A stretch of DNA of 63,940 nucleotides, filler included, from Globobulimina sp. (lineage: Eukaryota): assembly GCA_003354225.1 (NCBI GenBank). It is 29 parts of 29 records of this genome, joined end to end, with 100 filler letters (N's around TTAATTAATTAA, not from the genome) between each part and the next. Parts side by side here need not be neighbours in the genome. Positions count along the whole stretch, not along the records: positions 22,099 to 24,207 come from PIVH01008912.1; positions 24,308 to 26,416 come from PIVH01008913.1; positions 26,517 to 28,625 come from PIVH01008914.1; positions 28,726 to 30,834 come from PIVH01008915.1; positions 30,935 to 33,042 come from PIVH01008916.1; positions 33,143 to 35,250 come from PIVH01008917.1; 23 more parts are not named here. One strand, written 5' to 3'. Position numbers and translations under genes: made by a program. This document shows, in pieces, positions 23,281 through 35,350 of the stretch; the stretch's first letter is position 1; each line of letters opens with the position of its first letter. The notes under the pieces were generated by a model. The model worked only from the letters and a program-made list of their open reading frames with translations, was not told where the DNA came from and made no database searches.

Positions 23281-24207
23281 ATGATACGAACTAGGACTGA
23301 ATGTTGTTCAACTGTGATAAACCAATGGATCAGATTCTGGTTAAAACATTATTTCCCTGTAGAATTAGTTAAAATTATTATTGAATATGCATTATTTAAA
23401 TTATCAATAAGGATAACAAGAAAGTCAACAATACAAACAGATACATTACAAGCACACAATTTACATATACGACAGATACAAGTTTATGAAAAATGCAATA
23501 ATTTCAAAGAAAGATTATGTGATTTATCATTTTATGATGGTAGTGAATCAATAAAAAATCCAAGAAATGGAAACGATAAAAAATATTTACCAGCAACAAA
23601 ATGTATTGATGGCGATTTAATATCATATAATAACATAACAATATTAAACTGGTCAAACATCATTGGATGGAATTCGATATCGATAATTTAAGCGTTGGTG
23701 AAATAAATAACGTTTCGCGAATAGTAATATATAATCGATATGATGGAAGAAATGGATATTATGCTGAAAAACTTATGGGTTGCGATATAAATTTATATTA
23801 TGATCATAAATATATTGTACATTCATTTAAAATTCAATCAGAAGCTCCAATAACAACATATAATATAAATCCAATTCGAAAAATAATACCAAAACAAATA
23901 CAATTATTAATTACTGGTTGGATAAAAAAACAACACTTTCAAAAAATAAATATTATGAACAATATTAATGTGCAATTGATTACGTTATATTATATGCACC
24001 CATTTGAAGATGATACATTGTATGTTATTGCTGCACATTCCATTCAACCAAATGTTAAATATACAAAATATTTAGAATATAAAGTAAATGATGAGACTGA
24101 ATTATTAAAACAAGACAGTAATTTTTATGCACATTCAAGGACGCGACTGATTAAAGTGGATAGAAATCGATATCAAAAATATTATTCCCAGGTTGTATAT
24201 GGTGATA
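23281..24207 (+). pseudogene. Discoidin/F-type-lectin-like domain gene with frameshift near 23633, 3' partial
   Basis: ATKCIDGD..SYN in one frame continues as HHWMEFDI...VSRIVIYNRYDG...EKLMG in another. Confidence 0.55.
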
Positions 24208-24307
24208 NNNNNNNNNNNNNNNNNNNNNNNNNNNNNNNNNNNNNNNNNNNNTTAATTAATTAANNNNNNNNNNNNNNNNNNNNNNNNNNNNNNNNNNNNN
24301 NNNNNNN

Positions 24308-26415
24308 TCATCACAGGATAGAATTAAAATAATTTTCTGACAAATTCCAAGAAAAAAAGAATCTGCCAATAACGATATTATTTTCGCATTCCATTTGTTT
24401 ACATGTTTTAGTTTGCCGTGGCCATAAATTATTGTTCCAACAAAGGAATGAAAGTAAACTTCCCTCGCTTCCTTCGGCTTATTTTCCTTCCATTTGAGCT
24501 TTGCATAGACCTTCAATTCGTAAATAAATCTATAAACAAAAAAGAAAACCAATGCACCGACTCCCACCACCGAAAAATATGTGTAATATTCCAACTGATT
24601 ATATTCCACAAAATCTAATGACAGATAACAAACTCGAATTAAATAATTGGTAAACTTGATGATTTTCTGCGAATCGATAAAACTCAGTGAATCGGCGGAA
24701 AACGAGGTGGCTTCGGTTTGGGTGTCGTCAATCTCTGCGCCATCGGTGGTGGTTTGATACGCAAAAATTGAGAGTTGGAATACTTCGTAAAATAATAAGA
24801 AAATTGCTAGGATTGAGCCTAAATTCAATTTAAATTTCTGTGGCTTATATCGCTGTTCGTTTGGTTTCAGTTTCTTTCTTTCTTCGAAGGATTTGACGCC
24901 TCTCCAAGTCCCAAACAACTGCAATAATAAAATAATAAATAAATACGACGATATAAACCAAATAATTACACTGTCATTCTGCTCATAGAAAGGTATTATA
25001 AAATAAATAATAAAAATGGGATAAATGACTAAAAATATGAACATAAACAAAGATCTTAATAATTGGTTTAGAACTCGCATAAAACGTTGCCATTTGGTTT
25101 CTAATTTTAGCGCAGCCTCACGGATTCCGACATTTTTTGAGGTGGTTTCGACTTTACTCATTCGCACAATCAATAAAAAGAAGCAGGACGGCAAAATCAC
25201 GCAGATTGCCACAATTACCACCAATAAATATGTCAGCGGTGTTATTAAGATTTTGAATGAATTTATCAGCACAATTTTGCATTTTTGGCCTTGATCCGAT
25301 GGCTCCAATGACTGCACTTCGATCATCAGCAATAACTCCGATAATAAATAAAACATATTTTCTAAATCAGCAAAAACATTATCAATTAACTTTCGCGCGG
25401 CTTTCCAGTCAGCAATTTTTTTATTAATTTTTTTGAGTATTTCGCCAATTCGAGTTTTTTTCATTTTCGTTTGTAACTCCATTTCGTGCCTTTGTTTTTG
25501 TAACGTTTCCAATTCCTTTTCTTTTCTTTCTTGTTTCAATTCCTCCGCTTCCTCTTCCTCTCCCTTCGTTTCTTGCAATTGCTCAGATTCAGAAATTACA
25601 GAAACTGATCCCTTTGACTTTGATGATTCTGATTCTGATATCGATCTACTTTTTATTTTTAACATTTGTAATTCCTCACTCCGTTCACTTTCATCATCGT
25701 CATCATCTTCATCTTCCTCTTCATCACTGCTTTCTGCCCTTTTTATGTCTGCTGATTTCTGTTCAATTTCTTCAAAAACATCATCCATCAAAAATAAATC
25801 CGCATCCATCGGAGCAGCAAGCATTTCTGGTTCTGGTTCTGGCTCATAATCAAATCCAGCAACAGCAGGAACAGCGGGAGCCACAGCACCATACAAATCA
25901 TCACCAATATCACTATCAATTGATACTATCGGCTCTTCTTCCGGATACAATTCTGGTTTTGTTTCTAATTCAATTAATTCCATCTCTTTTTCTTCAAAAA
26001 AAGTAAACTCCAACTCTTTTTTCCCAATTTTCGGCATTTTTATTTTTGGCATTTTAATACTCGGCATTTTTATGCTCGGTCCACTAAATCCGCCGCACAT
26101 TAATCCACCACGTCTTAGGTTCGACCGAATTAGTATATTTTGAATATCCCAAAAGTGTTTCTGCATTGTGTCGTGATCCAAAGCACATATAACATGACAA
26201 AATATAACACGATTCTGGCATTGATTAACTTCAATAAATGCGTCCTGAATAAATCTAATCGCAGCGTCATAACATTGCTCATAATGTTGTTTGTCTGCGT
26301 CTGCATCCTCAGCAATTGCTTTATAATCAGGTCCCTCCCATGGTTTCCCTCGCCATCCCGCCTCATCACTAAAACATGAACTTAATGATATTTGCGACTG
26401 TATTTTCTCCCGAAA
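24308..26415 (-). CDS. G-protein alpha C-terminal domain fused in frame to acidic linker, coiled coil and multi-pass membrane region; partial at both ends
   Basis: Frame is open from the contig edge: FREKI..QISLSSCF...AAIRFIQDAFIEVN...IFCHVICALDHDTMQKHFWDIQNILIRSNLRRGGLM, then no stop for about 600 more codons with 5-6 hydrophobic segments. Confidence 0.75.
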
Positions 26416-26516
26416 TNNNNNNNNNNNNNNNNNNNNNNNNNNNNNNNNNNNNNNNNNNNNTTAATTAATTAANNNNNNNNNNNNNNNNNNNNNNNNNNNN
26501 NNNNNNNNNNNNNNNN

Positions 26517-27473
26517 TGTTGTCGAGTTGCTTCGGGTTTTGTTGTGTAAATTGCTGCGTTTCTGCGTACCGTGGGGTGGGTGCTGGGGCATGGATAAATT
26601 GTGCGTTGTTTAGCTTTGGTGTGAATCGGTTGTTTAATGCGTACGGCGCGGACGGACGATGGTTATGTACCTGTCGATTATGTGGATTATGTGGAATTGC
26701 GCTGGAAACAATATATACGGAAGGAAAGGATTATAGTTTTCGTAACTTGGTAAGGAGTCGTAGTGGATGGGCGATGTACGAATTGCGGCTTGAATAAGAC
26801 CGTTTGTGTAGGCGCTGCGTTCATGGATTGCTGTCGCGTCGTTGTAGCGTTGTATTGTATGTACAAATATATGTGTTTATGTATTATACCATGATTGGCT
26901 GTGATTGGATGGATTGGATGCTGCCAACCTATATAGTGTGCGGTGTAATGTACAGGGGGTCGCAATGCGCAATATCGCATAATTTGGGTATTGGCCGGTT
27001 GCATACATTGGGTCCCGTGATTTGGTCGAATCGAAATGGCGAGCTGTTGAAACTAGGATGGTTTGCTCGGATTTGCGTCATTATATGCGGTGAGGTTATG
27101 GGCGGTGACGATGAATTATTAATGGCTCCGATAGTGGGCATCTTTTATAGATGGTGTTTTGTTTTGGCTTTTTGTATTTTTTGTTGCGTTGTTTGTACTT
27201 AACAAATAGTGAGGGATCTGTAGGTGTTATAGTTGAATTATTGGCAGAATTATTGGAAGTGGAACGCAAGGAATCAGGCGATTCGCCAATGATGTGATTA
27301 ATGTGATTATTGGTATTGCGTAAATGGTTGGCGTTTGGAATGGGAATACCTGTGAGAAATGAAGGGGTGTTATTATTTGAATTATTGCTTAATAAATTCA
27401 AATTCATTGGGTTCATTCCATTCATATTCATAGGATTCACAGTGTTCATTGAATTCATTTGATTTTGATACAT
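26517..27473 (-). CDS. Asn/Pro-rich low-complexity protein, several short introns, 3' partial
   Basis: MYQNQMNSMN... exon, then exon MPTIGAINN... after an AAAG acceptor, and further short exons; boundaries not fully resolved. Confidence 0.45.
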
Positions 27474-27793
27474 TTGGGTGAGGGGAGTTAGTTTGAATGC
27501 AATGAATGAATTGAATGGGGTTTACTGTCGTTTCGACACTTGTTGAATGTGAGTAAAAAATTGGAAAAAAAAAAAAAATGTTACCAAAAAAAAACATTGC
27601 TAAAAACTGCAAATATTAATTTGAGATGTAGCATGGCTGCTTATTAGCTATTAAATTTATAATTCAATCTCGTCGGAACATTATTGCTGACACACACAGA
27701 TCGAATAACAGAGAGTTTGGCATATTAAAGTATATACAGAGTTTCTTTGTTATTACGTTAGATATAGCTGTAATTATATAGTTACAAATTTGC

Positions 27794-28625
27794 TCAATGC
27801 ACAACCTCACGAGCATCATCATTATCATTCTCTTGGTCTGACAATGAATCCTCGATATCCTCGATATTCAGTTGAAATGAAGCAGTTATCGAATGAAATA
27901 TTGCTAAGACTGATTTAAGGAATTCGGCAGAAATCAATTGAATGCCAAACATATTTTCATCCAAAGCTTTTATGTCTTGAATTATCGTATCAATATCTTT
28001 CGTTTCTAATTGATCTGAAATCTCGGAAATACCAATCAATATTCCCTCACATAACAACGTTATCATATTATCAATCAATTTATTTCTATACACTTCCAAT
28101 ACTTTTAATACATGTTCATCATCGTCGCCATCATCGCCATCATCTTTTGCGATTGACATTAAATTTGGATTATTATTATATTCATCAATTATAATCAACT
28201 CAAATCCGCAGTGAATATATAAATAACTCGCGATTGGAAGGAGACAGTGATCGATACATTCCTTATGAGTTATTTTTGTATGTTGACCATTTGAAGAATT
28301 TTGTGCTCCCTTCTGTATATTTGGTGATATTTCCTTTTGATAATAATCCGATAAAACAGCTAAAAATTCCTGTAACGTAGCAATATAATCTGTGCATTGT
28401 CGTTCTTTTTCTAATAACAATTTCATCGAATTCGAAGTATTTAGCAAATGCGACGGCATATCAATGAGATCATGACCGCCCATAAACCGATTGCATAATC
28501 CATACAAAGCAGAATCTCCATCTTCGTCAGTTGAGATAAACAGATTATTTGCATTTGCTTTCCCTGCAAACGGCAACAACACCGGAAACCTGTTGATATT
28601 GAACAAAAACATATCAATCGCAAAT
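27794..28625 (-). CDS. Hypothetical protein, 5' partial
   Basis: ORF of 272+ aa running from the contig edge. Confidence 0.6.
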
Positions 28626-28727
28626 NNNNNNNNNNNNNNNNNNNNNNNNNNNNNNNNNNNNNNNNNNNNTTAATTAATTAANNNNNNNNNNNNNNNNNNN
28701 NNNNNNNNNNNNNNNNNNNNNNNNNGT

Positions 28728-29636
28728 GATATCAATGATAAAGGAAGAATTGGTTGTGACATATTAAAAGATAATTGGTCCCCTGCTTTGACACTATCAA
28801 AAGTATTGACCGTTTTAATGGATTGTTTTGTCGAAGGTGGCAATTCTGGCGATCCATTGGTACCAATAATTGCCAGACAAATGGAACAAGATTTGCCTCA
28901 ATTTGTAAAAATTGCAGCCCAATGGAATCAAAACTATGCAGACGGGGCGGAAGTTCCAAGCGTAATTAATGCAGCAACTTTTCAAGAATTTTTGCCATGG
29001 CAGGAATATCATGCAAATAAAGATGAAATATTAAATACGTTAAAGAATATGGGGTTTGAACATAATTTAGCACTCAATGCATATAATTCGTTTCCAAATG
29101 ATTTAAATTCAGCGGTTACAGCATGTATTCGGCGTGGGAAAGAAAAAAAGGAAGAAAAAAAGGAAGACATTATAATTAGCACGATATCAGACAGCGAGAG
29201 TTCAGCCAAACACTTTCATAATTTTTTGGAGGAAATTAATATGGAAAAATATTTCGACAACTTTCAACAAAATGATTGCTGTGATATGAACTCAATCCAA
29301 TATTTTGATAATGAAACTTTGAGAGAAGATATTGAGATTAAAAGTAATATTGCAAGGAAGAAATTTTTAGGGAAATGTAATGCAATGAAACAAGAAATGA
29401 ATCAATTTAAAAATGGGTATGGAATTTCATCAATTTTATATAAACAATTGGCAAAATTTGGCGTTGTTACTGTCGATATATTGTGTGTGGCGGTGAAAAG
29501 TAAATCAGATATAAAGAACAAGTATGGAATTGAGAATGATAATGATTGTGATTTGTTGTGGAATATTGTTGAGAGAGACAAATTTAATGCCGTACAAAAT
29601 GAAGGCAATAATGCGAACCACATAGATTTGACATAA
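28728..29636 (+). CDS. Ubiquitin-conjugating (E2)-like domain + UBA + two SAM-like domains, 5' partial
   Basis: DINDKGRIGCDILKDNWSPALTLSKVL...DPLVPIIA...AAQWNQNYA (UBC); LKNMGFE...DLNSAV (UBA); FLEEINMEKYFDNF (SAM). Confidence 0.8.
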   Translation, partial: DINDKGRIGCDILKDNWSPALTLSKVLTVLMDCFVEGGNSGDPLVPIIARQMEQDLPQFVKIAAQWNQNYADGAEVPSVINAATFQEFLPWQEYHANKDEILNTLKNMGFEHNLALNAYNSFPNDLNSAVTACIRRGKEKKEEKKEDIIISTISDSESSAKHFHNFLEEINMEKYFDNFQQNDCCDMNSIQYFDNETLREDIEIKSNIARKKFLGKCNAMKQEMNQFKNGYGISSILYKQLAKFGVVTVDILCVAVKSKSDIKNKYGIENDNDCDLLWNIVERDKFNAVQNEGNNANHIDLT

Positions 29637-29750
29637 TATTATCATTGTTTACCTTTTAATTTGGGGTAAAATACAACAATTGCTAATCAATCCAAAATAA
29701 CAGTGTTTTCAAAATAACAGTGTTTTCAAAACAACAGAAACAAGTGTTTT

Positions 29751-30421
29751 TCATTGAGAAATCATGAGATCCAACAAAGGTTTGAGTGTGTTGTAAACCA
29801 ATTGTCCAAATTGAGCATAACCAACAGCAGAAAAATGTAAACCATCTTTATCAAAAAATTGTGACCGTTTGTCCTTATCCAATGAAGCAATGTGTTGGAA
29901 TAAATCGACCACACGTTTCTGCTTTCTAATAAATTGGTTAACGTCGTTTCTTGTTTTATCAATTTTGTGACTTGGATGTCGGCACTGCGGCACTGTGATT
30001 GTGTGATTGCAATAAGTTGACAGTCATATGTGCCGCAGTATTATTTTTGTTAATGTTTGGCATATTATTTTTGGTGTTTTGTTAATGTTTGGCCATCCGA
30101 TATCATTAGTTCCACCTAAAAACACAACAATATCAAATGAATTATATTTTAATGTGTTTGAAAGTCTATTTAACATTGTATTTGTCACCAATTCTCCATC
30201 CACACCTGACTCGATAATTTTTAATTGTATGGAATTTGCGTGATGTTTTTCAATCAAATATTTTAATGTATTACTGTATGGAATATGACTCATTCCATAG
30301 TTTATAGATATCCTCTCGTTAACGAATCGCTAAAACATAATATACTAATTTCATTCAACTGTGATGTTGTTTTATTTTCAGGATTCGATTTTTCATCTTC
30401 ATTATGATTGGCTTGTGCCAT
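29751..30421 (-). pseudogene. SGNH/GDSL hydrolase pseudogene
   Basis: CFSDSLTRGY, SGVDGE, LGGTND, DGLHFSAVGY; frameshift near 30305, internal stop at 30024-30026, 8-bp duplication CAATCACA near 30000. Confidence 0.8.
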
Positions 30422-31236
30422 GTTTCAATTTTATTAAATGTGTATAGTTTTCATGCACTGTTTTTCGTTTCATGTTTCAGTAATCTTAAAAAATGTTTGT
30501 GTTTGCATTCGGATTTATAGAACAAAATGTTTTTGTTTGCGTTTATTATTCCACACATAACACAATTATTATTTATACAAGTTTGTTTTTATATTGTTTT
30601 ATAAAAAAAATAAATACAATAAAGCATTGCTTGTGCGAGTATTCAACCAAACAGCCCAACAAGCAGATGTATACAACTGCATACAATATCACGGTGCTGG
30701 AGAACTTTGATGGAACATCTTATGAGCAATCATACGATTTAGAAATAAATGACTTATGCAAAAAACTATTCACAAAGGATATTAATCATGATAGTATTGC
30801 TGAAGTATTTTACGTTTCTGATGATAAAATTGGCNNNNNNNNNNNNNNNNNNNNNNNNNNNNNNNNNNNNNNNNNNNNTTAATTAATTAANNNNNNNNNN
30901 NNNNNNNNNNNNNNNNNNNNNNNNNNNNNNNNNNAAATATAAATTTTTACTAAATAACACAAAAAATAAGAAAATAATTATTAATAATGTTGAAACAATG
31001 GATTTGGAATCAATCAATTTTACACAATTGTTGCATGTGAACGAGAGCCCCCATTTTCAGATATAACTTTTTTTTTCTTCTTTGCTTTTCTAAAACAACA
31101 AAAATATATAAATAGACCAAGTATGACGAAAACGCAAGAAGTGGCGTGTGGTTAGGATCCAGATAGCATGTGCCATTATTAGTACATTTATTTAGTAAAC
31201 CAACGAAAAGATTTATTTATTTAAGCTGAACAATTG

Positions 31237-33042
31237 ATGAAAGGAATGCAAACGAAACAAACTCTTTCCAGTTTATTTTGTATTATACTCATTTTGCATC
31301 AGAATGATGCTGTTTGTGTTGAAAATGTAGATGAGTTTGATCCATCATGGATTAAAATAAACAAAACTAATCCACAAAAGCAAATTACATTATTATTTGC
31401 ATTAAAGCAAGAAAATGTTGATGGTAAGTAATATTTATTTAATTTAATATAAACAGCATTATGTATATTAAATATATACACATTCTATAGTTTTAATTAA
31501 TAAATTAATGGAAGTATCAGATCCTAAGAATTCAAATTATGGCAACTATTTATCGTCGGATGAAGTAAATAAAATTGTTGAACCATCATCGAATACATAT
31601 AATACAATAAAACAATGGTTAATATCATTTGATATCCATCCAACAAATATCACAAATAAAACAAATAATGGTGATTTTTTGAGTGCATTAACAACCATTC
31701 AAATTGCCGAAAATTTGTTAAATTGTGATTACTATGATTATTATAATCAAGTATTATCAGAGTATAATTATACAGTCTCCAGAATGGACACAAATTGTAA
31801 TTACAACATACCATCGACAATTGCACAGCATTTAGATTTTATATCACCGACAAAACGATTTCCATCTATTAAACACACGAATAATAATTATAATGATATT
31901 GATATATCCAAACCTGCAGTATACGCACAGCCAACATACTTATCACAATTATATCAAATAAATGGTACAATCGGACAATCAGCAATGAATAAACAAGGAA
32001 TTGCATCGTTTTTAGGTGAATATTTTACTGATGCCGATATTGTAAGTTTTTGGAATGAATATAATATTACTGATAATAATATTAATTCTACAATATTTAG
32101 GAAATCAAATAATAACTCACAAGCTCAAGGATATGGAAGGGAGTCAACATTGAATGTACAATATATGACCTCAATCGCTCCAAATATAACCACTGAGGTA
32201 TGGTACACTGCAGATATGAATACATCAAATAATATTGTCGGTTACGAACCATTTTTAACATTTTTATTGGATATTATTAATGCCAATGCTTCCGAGGCTG
32301 TTCCATGGCTATTTATTATTGCTTATAATGAATACGAATTAAACTTAGGATCTGAATATTGCACCAGATGCAATATAGAAATGGCAAAAGTTGGAACAAT
32401 GGGAATATCATTGTTGGCAATGAGTGGCAATTATGGCACTGGCTCAGATGATCAATGTTGTTCAAAAACGCCGCTAACATTTTGTCCCACCTTTCCTGCG
32501 TCATCGCCATACATTACTTCTGTTGGAGGTACAAAAGGTGGTGTTATTGGCAATGAGCCAACGGGAGAAACAGGATGGCATCCATCAGGTGGTGGATTTA
32601 GTGATTTTTTCGCAAGACCACAATACCAAAATAAATCTGTAATAGATTTTATAAATTTATCTGAAGCAATGAATCAATTACCAAATGAATCATTTTTTAA
32701 TATGTCAGGGAGGGGATATCCGGATATCAGCGGATGTGCGGATATGTATTATATTATTTTGAATGATACGTTGGATATGCAAAGTGGGACAGATTGCAGT
32801 GTATCCACAGTCGGTGCTATATTTTCATTATTGAATGATATTCGTTTTGAAAATAATATGTCTGCTTTAGGATGGTTGAATCCATTGATTTATGACATTG
32901 TATTGGTGGATGAATTGGCATTTAATGACATAACATGTGATTGTCCAAATAATGCATGTATCGGATCTGGATTTCCTGCAATAAAAGGATGGGATGCAAG
33001 CACTGGTTGGGGCACCCCGACTTTCTCAAAATTAACAAAATA
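31237..33042 (+). CDS. Tripeptidyl-peptidase 1/sedolisin (S53)-like protein with substituted catalytic residues, intron 31424-31490, 3' partial
   Basis: Signal peptide, prodomain VSDP..NYGNYLS, FPASSPYITSVGGT, SGGGFS, GRGYPDIS, LGWLNP, GWDASTGWGTP. Confidence 0.9.
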
Positions 33043-33143
33043 NNNNNNNNNNNNNNNNNNNNNNNNNNNNNNNNNNNNNNNNNNNNTTAATTAATTAANN
33101 NNNNNNNNNNNNNNNNNNNNNNNNNNNNNNNNNNNNNNNNNNA

Positions 33144-35099
33144 TCGTACAGAAACATTAATGATCCAAAGTATTCGAAAGAATATGATGATAATACACAA
33201 CATACAGAAGGAAAAACAGAACAATCTGATGACAGTTTATTATCGTCTGTAGACACCAATGAATTGTTAGCATCGCCAAATAGATTGCAGCAGCTCGATA
33301 ATCGTAATATAATTATTCATCAAGCACCAAATAATAAAAGCGAAGCAAGTCATAAACAGTCCTCTGGCAGCTATCACTACGTAGAAACATTAAATACTTC
33401 GAGATCACATAAACTTTCCTTTGATTTCGACGAGGAACTCCCAGCATTACCAACGAGTCACAACGGCACAAAAAGTAAAAAAAGTAAACACAAACAAGGT
33501 AATTATAAAAAGAAGACAACGAATAATAGTAAAAAAAAAGTAAATGTGCCAGCAGTTTCATCGTATTTCTCCAATAAGTATTATGACTCAATGCATATGG
33601 ATCGACATCATATGTATTCTAATTATAATTATACGCCAACTTCGAGATCTGTCCCGTCGTCGTATAGCTATTCCTATTCCGGCGATAATATCACAGGAAA
33701 ACTAAAAAATAATAACGTAGTTTTACCATTGGTTTCTATCAAAAGCAGTCCAAAAACAAAAACTCGACAAAAACACAATAGTCTCAAAAATAATTCGCAA
33801 ATGCAAGTTCCAGGCAATTCGAAAAGAATTAAAAGGAAATCTATGCCGCAAACACAAACACAAAATAAATCGCGGACTTTGACAAAGAAAAGTAATAAAA
33901 AACGCAAAAATGGTAATGTATTGCACTCACATTCACGTCTTCCAATTGCAAGCATTCCGCCCATACCAAATAATATAAATGAGAATAATACGAAATCAAT
34001 ATCCTGCGTAACCTATGACTTTGACTGCGATTCAGATCCTATCCCAAAACCTGCATCGTATAGAAATATGCATAGCGGCAACGTCAATAAGAATAAAATA
34101 AAACAAAATCAATCTGTTGTAAATAACTTAGAATTAACAAAGGAAAACCTTGAGAGATTAAATGCGAACAATCTGAATAATATGTATAATGTAACCGATT
34201 CGACATCGAGTGATGGCTCGGATGGCTCGGATCAACTGCACAAACTGGAAAAGATCGGCAAACAATTGCGAGAAATCAGCATATTGGCCGCAGCCGCACA
34301 AGATTGCAGCAGTGGCGATAACTCATCGATGATGGTGCAGGCAAATCTGAATACAGCTACAGCTAAAAAACAAGCAAATAATACTAATTATTTAGTGACA
34401 GTAACACATTGCACGGATGAGAAGGAGGCCTCTGATGATTATGATAATTCTGTGAATTTAAGTTCCACCGATTTTGAGTCGCATAATTTGGATGATTTAT
34501 CACCAAAATATCATTTGCAGGCCGCTCCATCCACACAGCCGGATGATTCCATTGCTATTTCATCTACAAAATATGACGCAAAATCCGTAAATAACCGCAG
34601 GGTATTACCCGTACAATCGCAACACTTAAAACATGTGTATTATAAATCAAAAAGGAGACGAAAATTGAGGAATAAAATGAAATCGAAGCAAAATAGGAAA
34701 TATAATGATTTGCCATTGCAACCGCAACAACCATACATTAATGATGATGGCGATACGTATACGGATCATACGTTTTCGGTCTTATTAAATGATGTGTTAA
34801 ATGACGATATAATTTCACATCCAAATGGTAGCGGTATGGATGATACAAACCATATCCAGGTCTATGACGAAGAAGAAAAAAAACTGCAACTCACTTTAAA
34901 ATCTACCAATCGGACATCAAACACAGTGACGTACGCAGATAGCATTGAATTAGAGCAGAAACTAAATTTTATTCATGCCAATCAAGTATCCAGCCGAGGC
35001 GCACCTGAGAAAGGAAATCTTCCTTGGCACATTCTCCAGTCAAGTGTGTTACACAACCCAGATGCTACAAGAAGTAAAACCCATTTCCCTGTAAATTGA
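33144..35099 (+). CDS. Ser/Asn/Lys-rich disordered protein, 5' partial
   Basis: About 650 codons open; base composition changes near 34985, so the 3' end may be chimeric. Confidence 0.6.
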   Translation, partial: SYRNINDPKYSKEYDDNTQHTEGKTEQSDDSLLSSVDTNELLASPNRLQQLDNRNIIIHQAPNNKSEASHKQSSGSYHYVETLNTSRSHKLSFDFDEELPALPTSHNGTKSKKSKHKQGNYKKKTTNNSKKKVNVPAVSSYFSNKYYDSMHMDRHHMYSNYNYTPTSRSVPSSYSYSYSGDNITGKLKNNNVVLPLVSIKSSPKTKTRQKHNSLKNNSQMQVPGNSKRIKRKSMPQTQTQNKSRTLTKKSNKKRKNGNVLHSHSRLPIASIPPIPNNINENNTKSISCVTYDFDCDSDPIPKPASYRNMHSGNVNKNKIKQNQSVVNNLELTKENLERLNANNLNNMYNVTDSTSSDGSDGSDQLHKLEKIGKQLREISILAAAAQDCSSGDNSSMMVQANLNTATAKKQANNTNYLVTVTHCTDEKEASDDYDNSVNLSSTDFESHNLDDLSPKYHLQAAPSTQPDDSIAISSTKYDAKSVNNRRVLPVQSQHLKHVYYKSKRRRKLRNKMKSKQNRKYNDLPLQPQQPYINDDGDTYTDHTFSVLLNDVLNDDIISHPNGSGMDDTNHIQVYDEEEKKLQLTLKSTNRTSNTVTYADSIELEQKLNFIHANQVSSRGAPEKGNLPWHILQSSVLHNPDATRSKTHFPVN

Positions 35100-35350
35100 T
35101 GACTTCCATTTCCATAATGAACTGGAATCCCAATGCCTCGATCGACTGCATTCCTCATGGCCATGACCAACGGGTCAACCATATTCATGGCTGCAATGGT
35201 CTGATTGATCGCCCACATGTGGGCGCCCAATGCGCATTGGGCCCAGTCTANNNNNNNNNNNNNNNNNNNNNNNNNNNNNNNNNNNNNNNNNNNNTTAATT
35301 AATTAANNNNNNNNNNNNNNNNNNNNNNNNNNNNNNNNNNNNNNNNNNNN

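Noticed and set aside
25025-26379. Plus-strand ORFs here and similar antisense ORFs elsewhere (e.g. 11590-12444, 59573-60046)
   Set aside because: Shadow frames opposite low-complexity coding regions.
29693-29737. 17-bp tandem repeat, and similar short duplications at 1805-1842 and 42936-43008
   Set aside because: Two to three copies without spacers; ordinary slippage in AT-rich intergenic DNA.
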